Below, piece after piece: positions 27,749 to 36,972 of a stretch of DNA of 64,000 bases. The notes beneath the pieces are model-generated. The model worked only from the letters and a program-made list of their open reading frames with translations, was not told where the DNA came from and searched no databases. The stretch's first letter is position 1, and every line of letters starts with the position of its first letter. The DNA comes from Armatimonadota bacterium. GTDB lineage: Bacteria; Armatimonadota; SYMT01. The position numbers and the translations under genes were made by a program. The stretch covers positions 96,001-160,000 of the forward strand of contig JAWLHY010000002.1 in the NCBI GenBank assembly GCA_041690135.1, given 5' to 3'.

Positions 27749-29373
27749 CAACAGTGCCCAGCCGGATTGGGAAGTACGCAGTGGTTCGCGAACTTGGCCG
27801 TGGACGCATGGGCGTCGTCTACGAGGTGCGCGACTCACAACCGGGACGGCGAGTAGCGTTGAAGATACTGCTTCCGGAACTCGCGGCGGACCAGTGGTTC
27901 GTGCAGCGGTTCCTCAACGAAGGGAGAAGCGCCGCCGCTCTTTCCCACCCGAACGTCGTAACGGTTTTTGAAGCCGGAGAGGTGGACGGTCAATACTTCC
28001 TGGCGATGGAGTATGTGGAAGGGATTGACCTCGCGCGTTTGATCCGGGAGCAGGGAGCCCTGGATGCCAGGCTCGCAGTGGACATACTGGAAAAGATCGC
28101 CGCCGGGCTCGACGCTATTCACGAGCAGGGAATTGTCCACCGGGACATTAAGCCCGATAACGTGTTGCTGGACCAGCGCGGGATGGTCAAAATCAGCGAC
28201 TTTGGGATCGCCCGAGGGGACGATGCCGCGGATGCATTCGCCGGGGGGCGGGGCCAAAGCGGCGGCGCTTCCCACCGCGGCAGAAGAGCGGATGCGATCA
28301 TCGGAACCCCGGAGTACATGTCACCTGAGCAGGCGTTAGGGAGGCCTGTCGATGCCCGCAGCGACATCTATTCCCTCGCGTGCGTGGCATATGAAATGTT
28401 TTCCGGAGAGCCCCCGTTCGGGCGAACGACGGTGGAGCGAACGGCATTATCCATCTTGGGGGCACATGCCCGTAGCGAGGCCCCACCGCTCGGCTCCCGC
28501 CGGAGCGGCGTGCCGCGCCATTTCGAACGAGCGCTGGCTCGTGCCCTATCCAAATCGCCCGAGAAGCGGTTCCCAACCGCAACCGCCTTTGTAGCGGCGC
28601 TCAACGTGAAAGAACCGCCGGTTGTGCCGGGATCCCGGCGGTCTCCCTGGTCTTACGCCGTAGTCTCCGTCAGTGGGGTGATTGCCTCGGCCGGCCTCTT
28701 TACTCTGCTGATCCCCTCTCCGCCGGAGATCGCCACTACCGCAATTCCGTCCGCAACGGTGGCGGTGAAATACCAGGCGCGCCTGGAGCCACGTGGCCCC
28801 GCGTTCACGTGGGAGTGGGGATCGGCAAATCCCCCGCCTGGGTTTCAACTCACCCCGACGGGTGAGCTAAGCGGTACCCCCATGGACGTAGGCACTCTTC
28901 CGTTGATTGTTCGCGTCAGTCGTCGCGGTAAGAGCGCTACGCGGGAACTCTTGCTTACCATTCAAAGCAACCCGGAGGCGGCAGTCTCTCATGCCAAGGA
29001 AGCAAGACGCTTTCGCCTGCGCGCTGACAAGATTGTGCGTGATGGGCAAGAGGAAATGAGATGTGCCAGAGATCAGGCAGCCATTATCCTCATTTCCGAC
29101 CGGGTCCTCAAAGACCGCACAGAGGCCCGCCGGAACGCCCTGGTGGCAGCGGAACGAGCTTTACACCTGGATGCGAAGTGTAGAATGGGCTACACAGAGC
29201 AAACCCGGGTGCTGTATTCGTGGATCCAGAGCGATGAGGACACCCCCGCGATGTCGCGCCTCTCCAGTGCGCTCACGGCGGGCCTGAAACAGTTTCCCGG
29301 AGATGCGGAGCTGACGGCCCGCCTCCGGCAGGCGAGATCCGAGTTCCCGGATTTCCCCTGGCCCAAGGAATAG
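27745..29373 (+). CDS. Hanks-type Ser/Thr protein kinase with TM, Ig-like and TPR-like regions
   Basis: LGRGRMG, VALK, HRDIKPDN, DFG, GTPEYMSPE, SDIYSL; PPGFQL...G.LSGTP Ig-like motif. Confidence 0.93.
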   Translation: MTTVPSRIGKYAVVRELGRGRMGVVYEVRDSQPGRRVALKILLPELAADQWFVQRFLNEGRSAAALSHPNVVTVFEAGEVDGQYFLAMEYVEGIDLARLIREQGALDARLAVDILEKIAAGLDAIHEQGIVHRDIKPDNVLLDQRGMVKISDFGIARGDDAADAFAGGRGQSGGASHRGRRADAIIGTPEYMSPEQALGRPVDARSDIYSLACVAYEMFSGEPPFGRTTVERTALSILGAHARSEAPPLGSRRSGVPRHFERALARALSKSPEKRFPTATAFVAALNVKEPPVVPGSRRSPWSYAVVSVSGVIASAGLFTLLIPSPPEIATTAIPSATVAVKYQARLEPRGPAFTWEWGSANPPPGFQLTPTGELSGTPMDVGTLPLIVRVSRRGKSATRELLLTIQSNPEAAVSHAKEARRFRLRADKIVRDGQEEMRCARDQAAIILISDRVLKDRTEARRNALVAAERALHLDAKCRMGYTEQTRVLYSWIQSDEDTPAMSRLSSALTAGLKQFPGDAELTARLRQARSEFPDFPWPKE

Positions 29374-29419
29374 ATGGATTGCTTCCCTTCGAGTGTCGCA
29401 GAAGGAAAGGTGCACGGAG

Positions 29420-32400
29420 ATGGGCACGAAAATGGAGAGGAAGAGATTGCATTTTGGCGTATCGCTCGCCGCAATCGGCACGTGCTTCCTGGTGGGGACA
29501 TTCACGGCTTGTATTGCGCAAGACATTTCGGACGCTGAGTTCATCAAACAGCGAAATGCCGAACTGGCGCGGATCACCGGCAGTCCCACCACGCGCACGG
29601 TTCGCACCGTAGTGAAGTACGTCGAGCGAGTAGTGGTGGACCAAAAGGCGGTGCAGGCAAAGTATCTGGAAGGGCGAGAGGAGGGACGGAGAGAGGTCCT
29701 GGCGCAGATCCGGAAGGCGCCGCCCGCCGCCAGCATACTTGCAACTGCCGACGAGGAAGTTCTGAAAATTGTGCAAATCAAGGGCAAGCCGCGCGTCATC
29801 CACCATCAGCACCTGAAGGCACGGTTTGTAGACGGCCGAAATCAACCCAGAGCGGGCATGCGTGTCATCCCCGTAATTCTTCAACGCGACGCGGACGGGA
29901 AGCCGCTCCCGGAGAAAGCGTGGCCGGCAGTCGTCGCTGATACGGAGGGTCGCGTGGAAGTGCGGGATCTGCCCGTCCCCTGTGCCGTCCGCTGGGAATT
30001 GCCGCAAGAAGGGGTCCGGTTCACGGAAGTATCCGAGTGGTCGTTCCAGGACCCGCAGGCGGCACAGGTTGCCGTAACGGAATATTCGAAGGACGCGACT
30101 ATCGCCTGGAACCTCCCCCCACTCGTGCCCAACGAACGGATTGCCCGGAAGCCCACCGGGTTACTGCAACTGGCGACGAAGGAACTTCGGGGCCTTCTTC
30201 TGGCGCTGGCGCCAAAGTCCAAAGCGATACCACGCGGCAAGCCTACCGGAAAGCCACCAGCCAGGCAAAACACCGCCAAACCGGCAGTGGCTCCGAAAAT
30301 CCAGGCCGAAGCCGAGAGCTTGTTGAATGCTGCCAGAAGCGCTTATGAGGATGGCGCGGAGAACCTCAAGATTGCGGACCGAGAGCTATACTCCCTTGAC
30401 AGCAGCATCCGGACTCGCGCCGTGGCCAAGCTCCGGGAGGCGATTGCGGCCGCGGAGGCGGCTTCCAGGCTCCTCCGGTTTAAGGATGCCCGCGCATGCG
30501 ATTACCAGGCGCGCGCCGTCTACTGGCTTCCGGAGAAAGGGTCCAAAGAGCTTGCCCTTAGGAAACTCCAGGCAGGGCTGAAGCTTCTTCCGCGGAACCC
30601 GCTACTCCTGAAGGCACTGGAGGAACTCCGTAATTCGCCGGACGAGGCGGACCGCATCCGGCTTGTGGCACGCAAACGCCTCGCAAACGCGGAAGCGCAG
30701 CGAGAAAAGGATGGATTGACGGACGGCACCCGCAAATTGCTGGAGGAAGTGATCCGGGAAGCTACGCAGACAATCGTGTTGAACAACGATCTTGCCGACG
30801 CCTATCTGCTCGCAGGGCGCGCCAGGCTCGGTCTGGATCAAGTCAAGGAGGCTAAAGTGTTCGTGGAGGCCGCTGTAGTGCGGTTTCCCCTGCACATAGA
30901 ACTCAAGGACCTTCTCGGTCATATCCTGAAGGTCCTCGAAGGGTGCCAAGACCCAATCGTAGCCCATCACATCCAGAATGCGGAGGCAATTGTGCTGGTA
31001 CGCAACATCGCTGACTTCACGATCTCCGGCCTACCTTCCGACACAAGTCTTCACGTGCCGGCCGCCCTTCTCGCCGGGAAGCTGGGCCAACCGGGCAAGT
31101 CCTGTGAAGTAGCCGATGAAACCCGCCAGGAAATGCACAGCCTGGAGGAACTGCCGGTGGAACGCCGGGCCGGCAAAGTCCACTTTCAGTTGCCGGTTTA
31201 CGCTCTGGGAAACCGGGAATTCCCCATTCGCGCCGATCGCGAGACGGGCGAAGCGGTGTGGGAGGGGCTCCTGACCATCGACGCACGGAAGAATCGACCG
31301 GATCCTTACGCGACAGAGAATCTGCTGGAGGCGCCGAAGCTCAACCTGATTCGGATCAAGAAACTGGATTTGAAAGCGGCGGATGTTTTGGTCACAAAGG
31401 CCGCGCTGGAAGAAGGGCTCAACATCGCGTTCGATGACCTCCTGCCGGGTCAGAAGCCTCCCAAGAAACCAAAGGTGATCCCGGCCGGTAAGGTGCTCGC
31501 CAGACGGACAATGGAAACAATGCAGTCGTGGTGGGAGGAGACGCCCGACTATGCCATCCATTTCCGGGTATCGCCGACAGCGCGTATCTTCGATGAGGAT
31601 CGGAAGGGCCAACCGCTCAAGGATAGAGCGGAATTGGAGGGCCGTATCACGAAGAGCACATTGCTGGCGGACGTGCTGCGCTTGAAATCTGCCGCAGCCG
31701 GTAACGTAGCGGGCATCACCGTGGGGGCGACGGAAGGCACGATCATCCGGACTCTCGGGGAGCCGGAAGAGCGCGGGACCGACGGAGGTCGTGCCGCTCT
31801 CGCCTACCTGGATCGCGGCCTGCTCTTCCGCCTCCAGGGGGATCGGGTTGCGGAGATTGACGTCCTTCGGTCAGCGCAGTTGCTGCGGTCCGGCACCACC
31901 GCGTTCGCGCCCCGCACGCTGGCCCGTGTATTTCTGGATGAGTTCGAGACCTACCCCGAGGCTCGGTTTCCGACTGCCCAGGCATTCAAGCGCTTCCTCG
32001 ATCGGACCGGTGTCATCCGCATGGTACAGGCAGAGAGGGAGGCCGATTACGTGGTGAGCTTCCGGATGGGAGAACGCCGCTTCCTGCGCGGGCCGGAGCG
32101 GAAAGTCCGGGAGGTGGAGATACCCGCAAGTGTGGAGTTTATTCAAAACGCTACCTTCTCAATCCGCGAGAAGAGTAGCGGGGACGTGCGGGAGGAGCCG
32201 ATCCGGGTCACCATCGGTCAGGACTTCTCCAATGATCTCAAGTCCGTGCGCGACTACGATGAGAACGCTCGTAATGCCAAGAGCCCTCGGCAGCGAAAGG
32301 CCTGGAAGTTCCTGGCCGATGCCGTATTCGACAGTGTGCAGGGTAAGCAGGAGACCATCCGCACTCGTGGTCCGCGAGCCGCGGAGCAGGATGTTTACGA

Positions 32401-32824
32401 GCGAGTAGCAGACCGCCTGTACGCCGTGATCGATCTGCAAAGCCGGGTCGAGTCGATTGACTACGACAGAGCCGAACTCACCATCCCACTGGGAAAGCAG
32501 CACAACATCGATCCGGGCGCCGCCTTTGATCTTTTCGTGAACGGCGAGCGCCTGACTCTCTCCACCAACACGAAGAACGACGAGGACGGCGAAACCCGCG
32601 AGCGAGAGTACTACCTGGCGGAAGTGATCCGTGTTGGCGAAACTTCATCAAAGTGCAAGGTTGTGCGATTCCGCAACCGTCAGGGCCGGCGGGCCAACAA
32701 GTTCGAGGACTCGTGGGATCGGTCGGATGCGGCCTTCATGACCCATCGCCTTCCCCAGCCTCGCACGGGCGTAGTTTCCGTTCGCGCGCGTGCGGCTCTC
32801 CCGGTTGAGGAAGGTGCGAAATGA
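29420..32824 (+). CDS. Large exported protein with TPR-like helices and FlgT-C-like C-terminus
   Basis: Hydrophobic N-terminus; DAYLLAGRARLGL TPR; IPLGKQHNIDPGAAFDLF...EVIRVGETSSKCKV. Confidence 0.65.
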   Translation: MGTKMERKRLHFGVSLAAIGTCFLVGTFTACIAQDISDAEFIKQRNAELARITGSPTTRTVRTVVKYVERVVVDQKAVQAKYLEGREEGRREVLAQIRKAPPAASILATADEEVLKIVQIKGKPRVIHHQHLKARFVDGRNQPRAGMRVIPVILQRDADGKPLPEKAWPAVVADTEGRVEVRDLPVPCAVRWELPQEGVRFTEVSEWSFQDPQAAQVAVTEYSKDATIAWNLPPLVPNERIARKPTGLLQLATKELRGLLLALAPKSKAIPRGKPTGKPPARQNTAKPAVAPKIQAEAESLLNAARSAYEDGAENLKIADRELYSLDSSIRTRAVAKLREAIAAAEAASRLLRFKDARACDYQARAVYWLPEKGSKELALRKLQAGLKLLPRNPLLLKALEELRNSPDEADRIRLVARKRLANAEAQREKDGLTDGTRKLLEEVIREATQTIVLNNDLADAYLLAGRARLGLDQVKEAKVFVEAAVVRFPLHIELKDLLGHILKVLEGCQDPIVAHHIQNAEAIVLVRNIADFTISGLPSDTSLHVPAALLAGKLGQPGKSCEVADETRQEMHSLEELPVERRAGKVHFQLPVYALGNREFPIRADRETGEAVWEGLLTIDARKNRPDPYATENLLEAPKLNLIRIKKLDLKAADVLVTKAALEEGLNIAFDDLLPGQKPPKKPKVIPAGKVLARRTMETMQSWWEETPDYAIHFRVSPTARIFDEDRKGQPLKDRAELEGRITKSTLLADVLRLKSAAAGNVAGITVGATEGTIIRTLGEPEERGTDGGRAALAYLDRGLLFRLQGDRVAEIDVLRSAQLLRSGTTAFAPRTLARVFLDEFETYPEARFPTAQAFKRFLDRTGVIRMVQAEREADYVVSFRMGERRFLRGPERKVREVEIPASVEFIQNATFSIREKSSGDVREEPIRVTIGQDFSNDLKSVRDYDENARNAKSPRQRKAWKFLADAVFDSVQGKQETIRTRGPRAAEQDVYERVADRLYAVIDLQSRVESIDYDRAELTIPLGKQHNIDPGAAFDLFVNGERLTLSTNTKNDEDGETREREYYLAEVIRVGETSSKCKVVRFRNRQGRRANKFEDSWDRSDAAFMTHRLPQPRTGVVSVRARAALPVEEGAK

Positions 32825-32955
32825 GGTGACGGCTGGTTCCAACAGGCGGACTCGCTGACGCTCGGGGTCCCGGCCGATCCACACGATGCAGGCTTAACCT
32901 GCTACCGATACTCTTGGACGAAGGCGCGGTGCTGGCCCCGGCTCCGGACCGGCAG

Positions 32956-33011
32956 CAGCGACGAGCCCCATCACTCCCGGGCGTGCCCGGGAGTGATGGG
33001 GCTCGCCGCTG
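32956..33011. terminator. Near-perfect 56-nt palindrome between convergent genes
   Basis: 27-nt arms with one mismatch. Confidence 0.6.
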
Positions 33012-33057
33012 ACCGGAGGACGGTACGGGCCTGTCGGGGCAAGTCTTTCTCCGGGGC

Positions 33058-33543
33058 TCAGTCGACGATGAAGATGATGGTGCCCCGGTCGTTGATCGGA
33101 CCGCCCTCACCCCGGCCGCTCACATTGTAGGTGCCCATGATGACCTCGCCGGTCGCGTTGAGCTGCCCGGTGAGGTTCACTCGCAGGCGGAAACCCTGCT
33201 GATTGACCGCGCCGTTCATCGCAACGCGGCCCGAGTTGCTGACGCCGCCCCGGACCGGAATGGTTTGTACTCCCTTACCCTCTTCAACCAAGAAGTTGCC
33301 CGTAAAGCGGGTACGGCTCTTACTCGTCACCTCGAGGGCCGCATTTACCTGTTGGAACTCCGGGTCCCGGTTGCTCCAGAGAATTGCCTCGTAGAAAGGC
33401 AAGAGGTCGTTGATCGTTGCGGCGGGGCGGCTGTCGTCGGGCGTAAGCAGGTGGTGGACGCCGGCACCCACGGGCGCGAGCGTCAGGAATACGGCGAGTG
33501 ATAGGAACGTCCTGCGGCTGGGCTTTATGAGCTTAATCTGCAT
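33058..33543 (-). CDS. Hypothetical exported beta-rich protein
   Basis: GAGGAAAG RBS before MQIKLIKPSRRTFL; hydrophobic segment; GC3-rich codons. Confidence 0.65.
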   Translation of the reverse strand: MQIKLIKPSRRTFLSLAVFLTLAPVGAGVHHLLTPDDSRPAATINDLLPFYEAILWSNRDPEFQQVNAALEVTSKSRTRFTGNFLVEEGKGVQTIPVRGGVSNSGRVAMNGAVNQQGFRLRVNLTGQLNATGEVIMGTYNVSGRGEGGPINDRGTIIFIVD

Positions 33544-33916
33544 GGCGTGTCTTTCCTCGATCGACGTGGGAGGTTTGGCTCCCCGAATGCGCTCCCGGCG
33601 TGGCCGGGAGGACGTCCGGAGAAATGTTCGCCAGACCAACAGGGATCCCCTTGCTGTGAAGGGGTACGGACAGTGGTGCGGCGTGCAGGATCGCTGGGGG
33701 CCACCGGCGTTGCCACGGTCCCGTAGGGTCACCCGGGCATACGCCAACGTGGCCCAACGAGAATCAGGAGGCGGTTTGCTCCACGCAGTTGAAGCAGTCG
33801 AGCCAGTTCTCGTGCGGCAGCCGGGGCAGGGCCCGCGAGCCTTCGCCGCGCTGGAAGACAGGGCGATAGAGAGTCCTGGGCGCTGCGAAAGAAGCCGGTG
33901 TCGTCTTTCCCGCCGG

Positions 33917-35206
33917 TCAGGCCGAACGGCCGCGCCCAGGGTGCGTGCGGGATCTCCTCTTACGAGCCGTGCGGAGGCGCGTTTCGTGGGCCTGGAGACC
34001 GGCCGGCCACTGGATGACGATGCGCCGGTCCTCCCAATCCTCGGCCGCGGCGGCAAGGCGTGACAAATCTGCGGGGGAGTCCATGTCCGGCTCTTCCGGC
34101 GCCGCTCCGGCGAAGTCCCACCGCTCGATGATCCCCGCCGCCTCGCAGCGGTCGAGGGCTCGCTCCAGCATCTCACGCATGCGGGCGGGGTTCCGTCGTT
34201 CGGCGTGGAGCAGGCCGGTCCGCTCCAGCAGGGTGGCGGGACGCAGGCGGAGCGGTTGGTAGCCGTTCATCCGGGCCAGCGGCGCCAGGTAGCCGGCCAG
34301 GCAGAGCGCCCAGCGGTCCCGGTCCGGCCGGAGTTCCAGAAGCCGGCCAGGCACCAGGCCGACGGAGTGATTGAAGGCCCGCCAGACAGGGTCCCCCAAC
34401 GCCTCGCCGGGTGTAAGGCGGAGGGCATGCGGGTCATCATCTCCCGTGGGAAGGCGCTTCCATAGAGGTCCGGTGAGGCGGCAGGTCCGTCCGTCCGGCG
34501 CGCGGTAGTCGATTTCCAGCTCCAGCGTGGTCAGCAGGTCCAACAGGACGGCCGCCTGGCGCTTGTGCGCGGGCCGGTGCGACCCGTTCTGCAGGCGCAC
34601 GTAGCCCAGGTCTCCGCAGAGGCGGGAGAGGGTGAGGCCGAGCACCTTACCTGGATCGCCCCCAGTATCCGCGAAAAAGCGCGCCCAGAGGGCGTAATGG
34701 GCCTTCACCGCGAGCGGTTCGCTTCCGGGCAGTAACGCGCGGACCTGCTCGGGCGGAGGAAGGTGGAATCCGATCTTGCCCCCGAAGTGATCTCGACCGC
34801 TGCGGGGGGCGAGGCGGTGGGCGGCGAACCACCCCTCGGGATCGTTGCCCTCTTCCAGTGCTCCGGGAAGCAGGGCTTCCGCCACGCCCTTCTGGAGGCG
34901 GTCGGCGGGGAAGCGGAGAAACCCCTCCGGAGTGAAAAGGGGTGCCTGCCTTCCCCGTGCGACTCCGGCCCGGATCTCCAATGCCCCGGCCGCCCGGCGC
35001 GCTCTCCGGGCACACCGAAACGGTTGGCGAAGAGTGCGTGGCGGAACAGGATCGGCCTGGAGCAGCACTAGCGAGGGCGCGTCCCCGTCCGGCCATTGCA
35101 GGATCCGGAGCCCCCCGCTCCGGAGGCCCCTTCGACCGCGCGAGATGTAACCCGCGGTGGGAAGGAGAGTTCCACCGGTATTTCCCGACCGACTGTGAGC
35201 CCTCAT
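33917..35206 (-). CDS. Hypothetical protein, possibly RepA-like winged-helix replication/DNA-binding protein
   Basis: LSRLCGDLGY...TLLERTGL...LERALDRCEAAGIIERW pattern recalls replication-initiator-like proteins; start uncertain. Confidence 0.45.
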   Translation of the reverse strand: MRAHSRSGNTGGTLLPTAGYISRGRRGLRSGGLRILQWPDGDAPSLVLLQADPVPPRTLRQPFRCARRARRAAGALEIRAGVARGRQAPLFTPEGFLRFPADRLQKGVAEALLPGALEEGNDPEGWFAAHRLAPRSGRDHFGGKIGFHLPPPEQVRALLPGSEPLAVKAHYALWARFFADTGGDPGKVLGLTLSRLCGDLGYVRLQNGSHRPAHKRQAAVLLDLLTTLELEIDYRAPDGRTCRLTGPLWKRLPTGDDDPHALRLTPGEALGDPVWRAFNHSVGLVPGRLLELRPDRDRWALCLAGYLAPLARMNGYQPLRLRPATLLERTGLLHAERRNPARMREMLERALDRCEAAGIIERWDFAGAAPEEPDMDSPADLSRLAAAAEDWEDRRIVIQWPAGLQAHETRLRTARKRRSRTHPGRGRSA

Positions 35207-35344
35207 GGCGCCTCCCCAGATGGGATTCTGAATTTTACCGTTTTACGCGTCGGCGGCGGCGAGCACCCACGGCGGGTGCGCTCTCGCGCATTTCCGGCCG
35301 CCTTCTATGAGCTTTACCTGCTTGAGCGAAGCTGTCAATGACCA

Positions 35345-35511
35345 AGTAGTTCACGAAGGCTTACGCCCGGGTACTCATCGAGTGAGTGCGGGTGCGGATT
35401 TCAATCAGCCAGTCAGGGGTTTTCAACTCGTGGAGCGCAGGAGTCCGCGCAGGTTTACGCCCCGAGGGGGTGCGGACTTTGCTCGGCCAGCCCCGGATTT
35501 CAATCCGGGGA
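35345..35511. repeat. REP-like hairpin cluster containing two micro-insertions
   Basis: CCCCGGATTTCAATCCGGGG and GTCCGC-GCAG/GCGGAC hairpins; shares motifs with 41031, 44441 and 55697. Confidence 0.75.
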
Positions 35512-35520
35512 CTTTCTCCG

Positions 35521-36972
35521 TCAGGCAGACTGCAAGATCTCCTTGACGATGCGCGCGGGGCGGCCATCGGTAATGCGATGGTCCCGGCCGTTGGAGTGGT
35601 AGATCAGCTTCTCGTGGTCGATGCCGAAGAGGTGAAGCAGGGTGGCCTGATAGTCGTTGGGCGTCACCACATTCTCCACGGCCTTGTGGCCGACTTCGTC
35701 CGTGGCGCCGAAGGTCATCCCGGGCTTGATGCCGCCGCCGGCCAGCCAGATGGAGAAACCCTGGCCGTTGTGGTCGCGACCGGAGGAAGCGTTCAGGTCG
35801 CCCTCGCACACCGGCAAGCGCCCGATCTCGCCGCCCCAGTGGACGATCGTCGTATCGAGCAGGCCCCGCTGCTTCAGGTCCTTCACCAGGGCCGCGGCGG
35901 GCTGGTCCGTGCGACGGCAGATGGCGGGTAGGCCCTTGCGAATGTCGGTGTGGTTGTCCCACGGCTGACCGCCGAGGAAGAGCTGGACGAACCGGACCCC
36001 TCGTTCCACCAGCCGGCGCGCGATCAGGCAGCGCGTGCCGTACTCCTTCGTGGGCTCCTGGTCGAGGCCGTACATTTTGCGGATGTACTCCGGCTCCTGG
36101 GAGACGTCCAGCGCTTCCTTCGCCGCGATCTGCATCCGGGCGGCGAGCTCGTAGCTGGAGATGCGGGCCTCCAGGTCGTCCTCTCCGGGATGCCGCTCCA
36201 GGTGGCGGCGGTTCAGCGCCTCCAGGAAGGCCAGGTTGTCCTCCTGGACCGCACCGCGCAGGTGGGCGGGCGGGTCCAGGTTCAGAATACGGGGCTCCTG
36301 GGGGCGGAGCACCGTGCCCTGGTAGAGCGGCGGCATGAACCCACTGGCCCAGTTGTGGGTGCCGTCCACCGGGTGACCTCCGGGGTCGGAGAGCACCATG
36401 TAGGCGGGGAGATCGCGCGAGGTGCTGCCCAGCCCGTAGACGAGCCAACTCCCCAGCGTGGGGCGGCCGGTAACCCCCGCGATGCCCCCGTGGAAGTAGC
36501 GGATGGAAACCTCGTGACCGTTGTGCCCGGTGTGCATCGAGCGGATCACACAGAGGTCGTCCACGATGCCGGCGGTGTGCGGCAGCAACTCGGAGACGTC
36601 CGTGCCGCACTGCCCGTGCTTCGCGAACTTCCAGGGGGTGCCGAACAGCTTCTTACTTGCCCGGTTCACGAAGCTGAAGTGCACGTCTCCGCCGTAGTCC
36701 TTCCCGTGGCTGGCGGTGAGCTCCGGCTTCGGATCGAGCAGGTCTACGTGCGAGGGTCCCCCGTGCATGAAGAGGGAGATCATCGCGTTGGCCCGGGGTG
36801 CAAACTGCGGCGCCCGCGCATTCAGATTGAGCGGCAGGTTTTCCGCCGGCTTGGGCGGGGCTGCCAGGAGACCCTCTTCCTGGAGGAGGTGGGCCAGGGC
36901 AAAGGTGCCGATGCCGAAGGCGGACCGCGAGAGCAGCCAGCGCCGGGTGGGAAGCGTGGGTTCAGTCGACAT
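35521..36972 (-). CDS. DUF1501 domain protein
   Basis: Tat-like TRRWLL, FMHGGPSHVDLLDPKP, ARRLVERGVRFVQ, WDNH, GRDHN. Confidence 0.93.
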   Translation of the reverse strand: MSTEPTLPTRRWLLSRSAFGIGTFALAHLLQEEGLLAAPPKPAENLPLNLNARAPQFAPRANAMISLFMHGGPSHVDLLDPKPELTASHGKDYGGDVHFSFVNRASKKLFGTPWKFAKHGQCGTDVSELLPHTAGIVDDLCVIRSMHTGHNGHEVSIRYFHGGIAGVTGRPTLGSWLVYGLGSTSRDLPAYMVLSDPGGHPVDGTHNWASGFMPPLYQGTVLRPQEPRILNLDPPAHLRGAVQEDNLAFLEALNRRHLERHPGEDDLEARISSYELAARMQIAAKEALDVSQEPEYIRKMYGLDQEPTKEYGTRCLIARRLVERGVRFVQLFLGGQPWDNHTDIRKGLPAICRRTDQPAAALVKDLKQRGLLDTTIVHWGGEIGRLPVCEGDLNASSGRDHNGQGFSIWLAGGGIKPGMTFGATDEVGHKAVENVVTPNDYQATLLHLFGIDHEKLIYHSNGRDHRITDGRPARIVKEILQSA

